Positions 52,694 through 64,000 of a DNA stretch of 64,000 bases are shown piece after piece. The notes below the pieces were generated by a model. It made no database searches. It was not told the DNA's origin and was given only the letters and a program-made list of their open reading frames with translations. Each line of letters starts with the position of its first letter. The first letter of the stretch is position 1. This DNA is from Octopus sinensis (taxonomy: Eukaryota): NCBI RefSeq assembly GCF_006345805.1, contig NC_043009.1, forward strand, positions 63,674,001 to 63,738,000. Reading direction: 5' to 3'. Position numbers and translations under genes: made by a program.

Positions 52694-52729
<36 letters not shown>

Positions 52730-54014
52730 GAGTGAGAGAGTAGTGCATGCCATCAAAGTGACACTGGGGTAAAATATACAAAGCCCAGTATACCCATCAT
52801 GACTACCCATCTGATAAGGGTACACTAGACACATGCATCACAACCATATGTGCGCGACATGGTGATCTCATATCAAGATAAACAGCGCATGACCTTGCAG
52901 GCGGGGCCCAGTTAGAATTTTCTACTGGTTGAGTAGCCTATCCCATTGAAAAGGTCCCTGAATAAGGGCTGTGTAAGGATGTTGAACGAAACACCCATGT
53001 TTCCAGGGGTGAATTATTCAAACCCCAAAGAATTCCTCTCAACACATAGCTATGATGCTCCCCCACTACTTCTGCTCGTGATCAAAGATGCACATATCAT
53101 CAGACACCAAGGGACATGTTCAACTGATTAAGGTCAAGCAAGTGACAAGCATTGAGCAGAATATTTGCTGTAGCATCGTCATTGTCATCATCATCATCAT
53201 CAAGGCAGTGAGCTGGCAGAACCGTTGGCATGCTGACAAAATGTTCAACAGCAGTTCTTCAGGCTTCATGTTCTGAGACGAAATTCCACCGAGGTCAACT
53301 TTGCCTCTCGTTTTTTTAGGGTGAATGAAATAGGTACCAGTCACGCACTGAGGTCAATGTACCTGACTGGCCTCCTTCCTCAAAATTTTCAGTAGAAACG
53401 GTTATTATTGTTGTTTTATAGTTGTTGGCTCATACATGGTGTGTCTAGGCAGACACAGGCAGGTGAATAGTTGAAAGTTTGTTCTAGCTGCTGTTAGCAT
53501 TGATTTCCGTCTAAGCAGCGCTGAAGTAACATGAAAGTGAAGAACCTTATTCAAGGACACAGCACACCTTCCACTCTGGGAATCAAACTCATAACTTCAC
53601 GATCATGAGCCCAGTACACTAACCACTAGAAAAACATGCTTATACACACACACACACATATGTATGAACATATATATAATATATATATATATAATAACAA
53701 TTTAATAAATAAAACATATGCATACATACATATATGTACATACCTACATCTGTATGTATATATACATGCATATATGAGTACAGGACACCACAAATAAACG
53801 TAGAACACAACGAGAAACGAAAACATAAAAACAAACAAGGAAACGGACTTTTTTTAACAATGAAAAAACAGAGTACAAGACAAACAACACAAGAAACATT
53901 CCCCTTCTTCAGCTGCCCCTGTTTCAACTCAATGCGTGTTTCAAAGGTAAGGGCAGAACACGACCACGCCGAAGCAGTCCTTCCCGCAAAATGAATTAAA
54001 TAAAATTTTTTTAT

Positions 54015-54440
54015 GTAGGTGCAGTAGTAGCTGTGTGGTAAGTCGCTTGCTTACCAACCACATGGTCCCAAGTTCAATCCAACTGCGTAGCACCTTGGGC
54101 AAGTGTCTTCTACTATAGCCTCGGGCTGACCAAAGCCTTGTGAGTGGATTTGGCAGATAGAAACTGGAAGAAGCCCGTCGTATATATACATATATATATA
54201 TGTAAATGTATGTGTGTGTGTATATGTTTGTGTATCTGTGCTTGTCCCCCCCCCATCATCACCTTGACAACCGATGCTGGAGTATTTATATCCCCGTAAC
54301 CTAGTGGTTTGGCAAAAGAGACCAATAGAATAAGTACTAGGCTTACAAAGAATAAGTCCTGAGGTTGATTTGTTCGACTAAAAGCAGTGCTCCAGCATGG
54401 CCACAGTCAAATGACTGAAACAAGTAAAATAGTAAAAGAG
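54015..54440 (+). mobile_element. Family A SINE
   Basis: Full copy. Further partial copies at about 7850, 32060, 36690, 41947, 43045, 43680, 43930 and 50880. Confidence 0.82.
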
Positions 54441-54723
54441 TATATGAACATACACACACACGTATCATCATTATCGTCGTTTAACGTCCGCTTTCCAGAT
54501 GGTTTGACTGAGGACTGGCGATCCAGGAGGCTGCTCCAGGCTCTGATCTGATGGACAAGGTTTCTACAGCTGGACACCCTTCCTAACGCCAACCACTCCG
54601 AGAGTGCGGTGGGTGCTTTTTACGGGCCACCAGCACTGGAGCCAGTCAGGCAACACTGGCATCGGCCACGTTTGGATGGTGCTTTTTACATGCCATGTAC
54701 ACACACACATATTTAAGCATTTG

Positions 54724-54767
<44 letters not shown>

Positions 54768-57535
54768 CATATATATATATATATTTGTATATACAAATAT
54801 AAAAATATATTAAGGTTTTCCTTATACATACCAATACTAATAACCATTTGGTGGAACTCAATTTGCCAAAGCTTTTAGGACAAAGTTTTTGGTGAGTACA
54901 GCGTGTAATAATGATTATTAAATGATAAGGGACCAGGAATTAAGTAATACACTTCATAAGCTTACAGCTGTTTCTGCTATAAGAAGCAGTGCACTCAGAG
55001 CAGAGTGTTTGGGCAACATCTTATAGTTTCACACATACATACACATATAGATATACATACTTAGATGCACACACACGTGTAGTCACACACACACACAAAC
55101 ACATACACACATATACATACATACATGGTGGCTTTCAACTGAAGATGAGAATGACCATTGCTGACAAATTATCTAGTCTGAGATGTCAAAGACAACAGCT
55201 GTCAGCAATGCCAATGCTGAAATTTAATGTCAATCAGAGCTTGTACTACACTGCTAAGACACTCCCACCACAAAGCTAGAACATCATCTCCAGCTTCGCC
55301 AATGTTATTTCAGAATTTCCATCTTCTACGGAGATATCTAAACAAAGGTTAAGGGTGTTTCATTCCTTGCTGTTGTAGGGTCATCAACTCTACTGAATTC
55401 ATCTGTCCTTCAACAAGTTTAGGTGCCGGTGGTACGTAAGAGAACCATCCAAACGTGGCCATTGCCAGCACCGCCCCAACTGGCATCGTGCCGGTGGCAC
55501 GTAAAAAACACCATCCGATCGTGGCCATTTGCCAGCCTCGTCTGGCACCTGTGCCGGTGGCACGTAAAAAACACCCACTACACTCACGGAGTGGTTGGCA
55601 CTAGGAAGGGCATCCAGCCATAGAAACATTGCCAAATCAGACTGGGCCTGGTGCAGCCTTCTGGCTTCCCAGACCCCAGTTGAACCGTCCAACCCATGCT
55701 AGCATGGAAAGCGGACGATGATGATGATGAGGAGGATGTCCAACAAAAAGCCACCTTCTTTACCAAACAGCCTTGGTAAAGTAACCACTTTAATTGCCTG
55801 TGGCCCAACCATGTGACAGGTACTGATGAAATACTTCTTAGCACTAAGAGTGACCACACACACACACCAAAACCATTTTACAGCCACTTCCCTTGTGCTG
55901 ACATCCACTTCCCATGAACAGGTTGTCACAAACCATGTCATTTCTTATTGGAATCTACTGATCCCATAGACTGGTCCTTGTAGTTGTCATTTCAGTCTGG
56001 TTTATACAGTTGGACCCCATTTCTATCACCAGTCACTTTCCAGAGGATATTGAGTGCATTTCTGCATGACACCAGCTCCAGAGAGGTCGGTAAGTTCTCA
56101 GTAAGACAGGACAAAAAAGGTCTCTGAAGCCTTCTTACTCTATGCTTTTTCACCAATCATCCTAGGGAGGCTTGGACAGGGCCTTTCCATAGTAGCACCC
56201 ACATACAGGGTGGGTGCTTGTACATTGAAAGTGTAGAGGGTATTCAGCAACCTAAAGGGTGTACTTTCACTCAGGTAATGCAACTGAGCTGGGGAACAGC
56301 AAAACGCCAGAATAAGTGGGTGAAAGAAGCAAGAATTCATGGCACTCCGTCGGTTGCGATGACGAGAGTTCCAGTTGATCCGATCAATGGAACAGCCTGC
56401 TTGTGAAATTAACGTGCAAGTGGCTGAGCACTCCACAGACACGTGTACCCTTAACGTAGTTCTCAAGGAGATTCAGCATGACACAGAGTGTGACAAGGCT
56501 GGCTCTTTGAAATACAGGTACAACAGAGACAGGAAGAAAGAATGAGAGAAGATTGTGGTGAAAGAGTACAACAGGGTTCACCACCACCCCCTGCTGGAGC
56601 TTCGTGGAGCTTTTAGGTGTTTTCGCTTAATAAACACTCACAATGCCCGGTCTGGGAATCAAAACCATGATACCACAACTGCATGTCTGCTGCCCTAACC
56701 ACTGTGCCATTGCCCCTCCAAGAAGCAAGAATAGAATGGGAGGGAGAGAGTTACTGGGATGGAGATGAGGAATTTAAGTGATACACCTGTAGCAGAGGTG
56801 GACAAATTAAGAGAGGTGATGGGAGACAAATTGAACAGGTCTCGAGCAGTGGTCCTCAATCGGGGTTCATATGACCCTTGAGGGTCCGTATAAGATTTTG
56901 TTGTTAAAAATTTACGTGCAACAAATTGGTCACACTTTTACAAGGCTCAAAATATTTTAACAAATTTTTATACAATTCCCAATAATATTTAATTATGACA
57001 ATACAAAAGGATTATTTTTAAATATCAAATGGTTATGAGGGGCCAAACAGGAATCAAAGGGATCCACAATGGTTGAGAAGACCTGGTCAAGAGGAAAGAG
57101 TGATAAGCAGTACAGATAGGGTGGTGTGTGTTGGGTACAGCTGGTTCAATGCAGACTCTTACACAAAGGTCAAATGAAACAGGAAGGACAGCAAAGTGAT
57201 GAGGATGGTGGAAAGTGATGAGGATGAGTAGAGGGGCATTTGTGGTTTGTGAGCATCACAAATAACGAGATGAGAGATGGAAGTTTATGATAGAGAGGAG
57301 ACTGAAGAGAGTGGTGAGATGAGGAGAGGAAGGAACAAGGGCACAGATAGAGTGATAAGGGGATGGCCCTATATAGTCTTTCATACATGGGCCCAGTAAA
57401 GGGTAGAGGAGGAGACATTTGTCATTTGCAAGCATCACAGCTGGTGGAGAGATGAGTGATGGAGGAGTATGAGTGGTAGAGAGTTAATTGGAGGGAATGG
57501 GGAGATAAGAGAAGGGAAGGCAATCAACAGTTATT

Positions 57536-57680
57536 CGAATGCCTGACATGCGACTCCCTAAAAGACTGTTTTACAGAGATCTGGCAGAAGGCAAGCACTT
57601 TAAAGTCCCACTGAAGAGCTTTGAGATCAACCTCAACATCTGGAAAATGCAAGCGCAAGACCCTGCTATGGACAGAACAG
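57536..57680 (+). mobile_element. Short RTE/BovB-like LINE fragment
   Basis: Encodes RMPDMRLPKRLFYRDLAEGK...LKSFEINLNIW. Confidence 0.6.
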
Positions 57681-60214
57681 GATCACATGGGGCACAAAGG
57701 AGATGCTAACTGCGCAAGTCCAGAGCCAAATCCTTCGGTCCCTGCCTTCTTCTTCATGTGATGTCCTTGGTCATCATTGACAAATTAATAACAAGGGTCA
57801 GGGATGCAAGAGGTGACAGCAGATGTAGGCTTGTTTGTTACTTCTCAAACCATGCCTGACTCATAGGGCTGGTTTCCCAACTTCCTTGGCGTATAGGTTC
57901 CCCACCTGGATGGGACGCCAGTCCATCGGAGGTGAGATGCAAGATGCAGGAGGAAAGAGTGAGAGAAAGTTGTGGCAAAAAAGTCAGTAAAAGTTCGCCA
58001 TTACCGTCTGCCGGAGCCACGTGAAGCTTAGGTGTTTCGCTCATAAACACACACATCGCCCTATCTGAGATTTGAACTCACAATCCCTCGACCGTGAGTC
58101 TGCTGTTCTAATCACTAGGCCAGATGTAGGCTTGGCAGGATATGAATATAAACACACATACACACACACACAGCCTCTATCACTATTCTCATTTCAATGC
58201 ACATTGAAATACGAATAGTAATAGGGGCTGTGTGTTGTCTGGTCAGTTTGGACTTCAACAGAATAGTGTTTCACTAATCAGTACGATCCCTCTTCAGATC
58301 AGCCTTCACCACTTTGTCTCAAGTCTTCCTCAGTCTCCCTCGTCCACTTAGAGTACAAGACACTTCCTTATGCAGCACTCACCCCACTCTACACATCACA
58401 TGTCCATATTAACACAGTCCTCCTTCTTGTACACAACATCTGATTCCTGTTGTACCCAGTTTTCCTCTCAGCTCATTTCTACTCTGCGGCTTATGTACAC
58501 TGACCCATTCATCAGAACACAATGCCAACACTTTATTTCTTTCCTTTGCAAGTCTTCTGCATTCAAGGTCCACGTCTTACGACCATGCAGCCCCACAGCT
58601 CAAACACAAACATCATACAATCAGACATTCACTCTGACGGAGAAGCCCTTTGTTACCAGCAGAGGCAATACACCCACTGAACTTTTCCCAACCTGTTCTT
58701 ACCTGAGCTACCACATTTTCCGAACAACCACCTCCACTGTTAATTATGTCACCATGGTAACAGAAGCTATCAACTACTTCTAGTGCCCCTATTGAGCATC
58801 TAAAACAATCTATTGGCAGTGTGTTTTAGTATATATAATCCCAGTGCAACTGCTACATACAAAGCCTGCTTCCTCTCAGCCTGTATAGGAGTCCACTACA
58901 TCTCTGCTGCACCCATAGCTTACACTGGGTACAGCATATGGAGTTCCTCCCTAATTCTTCTCCGCAAGGACATATTTATAAATATGTGTGCGTGTGTGGG
59001 TGGGGGGGAGAGAGATTCAAATAAATGAATAAACTCTCTAACATATTTTAAATTTTTCCTGCTTATATACTGTTCACACATATGTTCAGTTGAATATAAA
59101 TATATACATGTACGCACGCACACATATATTTGAGTGTGTGTGTGTGTGTGTGTGTATGTGTTGACTCTAAACACATTGTATACTGTCAAGAGGACTGTCA
59201 TTTACATACAAATACAAATATCCTCAATAGCAGGTCACAGAAATACAAACACTCCACAAATTCTACACACTCCATCGCACATACACACACTCCATCACAC
59301 AGATGGAAGGTGATATCTTGGAGGGTCGTTGTAGTTCGCTTTCGGAAAACAGGCTGATTATGAAACCGTGGATGACTTAAGCAGGGCAGCCCTTGTTAAA
59401 ACGCAGACCCAGACTATCAATTCTTCCCTCTGCTTTAAAAAAAAAGAAAAAGAAAAAAAAAAAAAAAAAACCCCAGCTCCAACCGGTAACCGAAAGCACG
59501 TTTTAGATCCCCAGGGAAACGATCCAGAGAAAAACCCCGTCTATCAATCAGAACAATTTAACCATCACCACCATCACCATCATTCCCACAATACGAAATT
59601 TCTAATGGTAGCGAGGTCATTCCGGTGAGGGAAGGGGTCAGAAAATCAAGACAAAATATCGAATGTGGTTTTCTATATCAACCTCAAGATGTTTATATAT
59701 ATATAAAAGATGGAGATGAAAGCATTAACCCCATAATATGACTGGTACAGAATCTGGTGGATGTTGAGAGCTTGGATACACCGAACAATGACAGAGCAAA
59801 ACTGTAAAGAGCTTGGTGTTTGAAATTGTAAAGGATTGTGACAATTCGTGGACCGAGTGGAGTGTTTTAGATGTCTTTAGTTTCTACCGTGATAATCTGA
59901 CAATAACAACAAACGAGTGTGTGGGAGAAAATCTCAGAAAAACATTCATACATAAATATAGATGTAGGCAGACATTTAGACGATCTTCGTGTGAGTGTGT
60001 GTATATGTGTATAGCTACATACTCAGACACAGGTATGTGAATGTATGTATGTACGTATGTATGTGTGTGTGTATGTATGTGTGTGTGTGTGTGTGTGCGG
60101 ATAGATAGAGAGAGAGAGGGGTAGATAGATACATACATACAAAGAATGCGAGAGAAAGCTTTATATAGTTAAATTTATAAATATAATTAAATATATAAAT
60201 ATAATTATTATTAT

Positions 60215-60635
<421 letters not shown>

Positions 60636-60787
60636 AGCTGTGTGCAGTGTGAGTTGAAATAATTGTCGCAGTGAATATGCGAAGAGTTGTCAGATGACTG
60701 CAACAAGAGAAAACAGACAAAAGTAAACAAAATATCCAAAACATCACCACCAACTATTAATAATGACATGCTGTTGCGTTTGCCTAT

Positions 60788-60825
<38 letters not shown>

Positions 60826-61367
60826 GATACACACACACACACACACACACAGATATCTGCACGTTTACATACATAATCATACACGGGCATTTATGTATAT
60901 ATATATATATTTATAGACAAACATACAGGTACCAGTCTGTATTGCACGAATGAATGTACCTACGTATACACATATTAATATACAATAAAGATAAGGATTT
61001 TTCATAAAATGGTAATATAAAAATCTAAGAAAAAACTGTAAATCGGAATTAAATTGCTCCATCTTCAGCGACAAATCTTCAGATGAAGGAATGCCTAGAA
61101 ACGGGTGACGTGTGTGCGTGTTTCTATATATGTGGGTGTGCCCGTGTATGTGTGTGTGTGTGTCAGCGTGTGTTTGTGTGTTAGTGTGTGTGTATGTGTG
61201 CGTGCGTGTGTGTGTGTGTGTTTGTATGTGTGCGTGTGTGTGTGTATACTGACATTATAGCAATGGAAGGGGCGTTGCTAGAGAGATGGAGATGGAAGAG
61301 AGAAAGAAAGATTGATTGTAAATGACTGATTGGAGGATACTACGATTTAGATAGACAGAGAGGCAGA

Positions 61368-61398
<31 letters not shown>

Positions 61399-61633
61399 GG
61401 TTAAAAAGAAGGAGATAGAGAAGAGAACAGAGGAAGAGAGAGAGAGAGAGATGGAAAGATGAAAACAGCGACGAAAAGTAATAATGATGATCACGAAGAG
61501 ACCCCGTGTGACAAAACAAGAGAGAAACGCAATAGGTTGACCAAAAGCAAGTGATGGGGTTCCCTTCGATTTGGCTCCTCTCACATCCGATGACAACAAT
61601 AAAGCGAAAGAGAAGAGCAGATGCTTCACTTAC

Positions 61634-61694
61634 CTCGGTATTTGTCCAGAAAGACTTGTCTTACAGACGACATGTGGTCCGGCGTGGCCGGCTC
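61634..61694 (-). CDS. MOSPD2: MOSPD2-like coding exon 2 (EPATPDHMSSVRQVFLDKYR+G)
   Basis: ttgttgtAG acceptor (61696-61695) and GTAAGT donor (61633-61628); 61 nt. The phase-1 end supplies the G of GAT (Asp) for exon 3. The peptide resembles, from recall, the MOSPD2 N-terminal helix (ISETRRRFEAEY). Confidence 0.8.
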
Positions 61695-61841
61695 CTACAA
61701 CAAATGCAAGCGACAGACTAATGTTTAGATGACCTGATTTGCTATATTTTTGTCGGGTAACAAGAACGGAAGAGCAACAGTTAACACGGTATAAAGTGAC
61801 AAAAGATAACAGCAGTCAAAACAACAACAACAAGAACTTAC

Positions 61842-61868
61842 GTCGTCGTCAAAGTCTCCCGCCGCCAT
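61842..61868 (-). CDS. MOSPD2: MOSPD2-like coding exon 1 (MAAGDFDDD)
   Basis: Minus strand ATG GCG GCG GGA GAC TTT GAC GAC GAC followed by a consensus GTAAGT donor (61841-61836). It lies in CpG-rich unique sequence. Phase 0 joins exon 2 in frame across a 147-nt intron. Confidence 0.75.
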
Positions 61869-62299
61869 ATTCGACGGCAATCTAAAGACTTCTAGTAAGG
61901 GAGGTAACTGGTTTGGGTGACTACTGATGGATTAAGATGGATTGATAGAAGAAGGGTTGGTCGGATGGAGAGATGATTAAAAAGGCAGGAGGTATGGATG
62001 GAGCTTGATGGATACACACATGTATAAAGGACGTGATGAATGAATAGACTAATAAGGAGATGGAGTCAGACAAACAGATAGATGTGTGAAAAATCATTTA
62101 CTGCAAGCTACATAGATTGAACCAGTGACTTTCTTGTTACAAACGTAAAAGAATTTATTGTTCTAGAAAATAATTGGCTCAAACGATTGGCTAAATTAAT
62201 TATTTAGCTATCGAAAGATCAGATTGGGACCAAATTATACCCTATGAAATTTGCCCAGATCCCCATCCGAGTGATCATAATAAGCAGTGCTTTTCTCGG

Positions 62300-63650
62300 G
62301 TGTTTTCAAAGCATCTGATGTCTGGATATCCTGTACACAATGACACACATCTGTGTCTTAAGAGCCAAAAGAAGGGTCATTTCTCTAAAATGTGCCATAC
62401 TGCCACTTCATCATCTACCAATGGTGCCACTACTTTCATCGGTCAACCAACATCCACAGCATCAATACCACCTGCTGTCTCAGGGATCTTATTGATAAGC
62501 TGATGACTTATTAGATGGTTGTAACTCTGAAAGTTTTGTCCATCTTGATTTAGTTAAATGCCACTCGCTATGTATTTGGCAATGGACAAATTCTATTTTT
62601 AGTACCATTGCTTCAATCTCTGTTAAACATTCACCTCTTGGCTGACCAGTGGATCCTTTAATAATGTACACTGGTCTGTATTCCCCCAGTGGTGTTCTGA
62701 CATTATTCTTGACCGAAATTTTCAGAAGTCTCATAACAGTGTAGCTAGGAAGTGATTTATCATTTCTTATTATTTGTGGATTTGGTAGCTAATACATCAA
62801 TTCTCCGGCATTATTTGTTAACCTGACATTTGATTGCCATCCTGTTGCCACTTAATCACATTATTCTCTTTATTCTTTATTCTTTATTCTTTATTCTCTT
62901 TATTCTTAATCAGCAGAGGAACTTGTTTGCAAGGCTGTAGGGAAAGAAATTTGTATTGTGAGACAACACTTCAAGATCATGAGCTTCTAGCTGAGTTTCA
63001 CAACGTGCCCTACTGATCAAGAATTATTCGTTTGCCTCACTTTGTGAGCCTGAAAAACATGCCATATTCCACAGATGATGTCCAACAAATGGTTGCCTCA
63101 TGTAATGTATGCGTGGGAAACAAACTAAAATTCACAGACCATACAAAACACACCTCATAAAGGTTACTCAAACTTTTGAACAGCTAAACACCAACTTCAA
63201 AGGACCTCATTCTTGTATCGACCAGAATCAATATTTTCTTAAGATCATAGATGATATCATAGTTCAAGACTTCTATGTTTCCTTGTTCAAATATAGATTT
63301 TTCACCAAACATTTACTATCCTTACCGGTTATTTTCTATTTATGGTTTACTAATTTACATTTACTATGTTTGTAAAACCTCTTTTATAACAGCATGAATT
63401 TCTCACTAATGAAGGAGTATCAGGGATCAAAACCACTAATCATGGCCCCCCCAAAGTAATGGACTGGTGCAGAGATTCAATAAAGTATTCTTGAAAGCAA
63501 TCATGCTAGGTTTAAGGTTGTAAAAGCTGCCTGGCAAAATCTTCTCACTAATGATGCCAATGCACTCCAGCCATTGTTGCATAGTGAAACCAATGCCGAC
63601 TCAATGAGAAACTTCTGAATTATTCCCATTGCCTTTCTATGGGGACCTCA
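62300..63650 (+). mobile_element. Degenerate Ty3/Gypsy LTR retrotransposon internal fragment (gag knuckle, protease-like region, integrase)
   Basis: CLKSQKKGHFSKMC (decayed CCHC knuckle), then HFVSLKNMPYSTDDVQQMVASCNVC...HRPYKTHLIKVTQTFEQLNTNFKGP (integrase zinc finger and core). No RT segment or LTR recognised. Confidence 0.72.
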
Positions 63651-63806
63651 GTTCTTTTGTTGTAGGATCTTAGATCAGGTTTTCTGAAATGCTATGTTTG
63701 TATGAACTAGATAGATTCTCTAACTGATGATGTGGAATTCATGCAAACAACACATGTTTGCTACTACAATATCAAAGAAACCATTGGCCCCTTCTCTCTC
63801 TCTCTT

Positions 63807-63845
<39 letters not shown>

Positions 63846-64000
63846 TGCCTGTCTGTACACTCTCCATGCTCTAACATATCTACCATAGCAAACTCTATCT
63901 CTCCTTCCTCTTCTTTCTTTTCCTGCTGATGCAGCCAAGTATTTCCACTACAGTGAGACCCCTATTTGTATCCCTCTTTTATACTCTAACCTCTCACCTG

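Larger units (their letters stand above)
61440..61900 (-). promoter_or_regulatory. CpG-enriched 5' end / promoter region with a YY1-type motif overlapping the start codon
   Basis: Visibly higher CpG density than the flanks. Minus strand AATATGGCGGCG at 61871-61860 matches the YY1 consensus AANATGGCGGC and contains the ATG. Confidence 0.55.

Noticed and set aside
53740-54010. Possible type II hammerhead (GAAAC...CTGAAGA on the minus strand)
   Set aside because: Stems I and II cannot be formed convincingly; left as an unassigned repeat.

Overview
Repeat-saturated, AT-rich eukaryotic DNA. The SINE, LINE and microsatellite landscape suggests an octopus or other coleoid cephalopod genome (inference). 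One protein-coding gene spans almost the whole window on the minus strand: a MOSPD2-like CRAL-TRIO protein. I could assemble seven coding exons by hand with consistent phases: 61868-61842, 61694-61634, 10245-10081, 5767-5681, 3774-3617, 2889-2829 and 2348-2310. They give 199 codons: MAAGDFDDD EPATPDHMSSVRQVFLDKYR D NIEKGCYDDRDLERIKTDDFLLELYCRHQPKAKVEEVASLIHESLKWRMEYQIN D LSDDTFDDKMWEQRAIFFHNTDKDGHKV L ITQVKLHRKGDSHYLLTVKKFFAWHIEKAFQENPGEPLMLLFDMDGAGLANL DMDFIRFCINCFKSNYPCIL G LMLVYEMPWIFN. The gene continues off the left edge. Intron 2 is 51.4 kb and intron 3 uses a GC donor. The introns hold tRNA-headed SINE families, RTE and CR1/L2 LINE fragments, two dead Tc1 elements, hAT- and piggyBac-type MITEs, a Helitron and several minisatellites. 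A Ty3/Gypsy remnant lies upstream of the start codon. Three observations stand out. (1) A tRNA-headed SINE-like family has a tail carrying a Penelope-type minimal hammerhead ribozyme motif and occurs in inverted and tandem arrangements. (2) A 32-bp minisatellite contains 14 perfect CArG boxes interleaved with CRE-like sites. (3) An exact 41-bp inverted templated insertion was copied from 1.2 kb away. All calls were made by eye; family names and homologies are from recall and need database confirmation.
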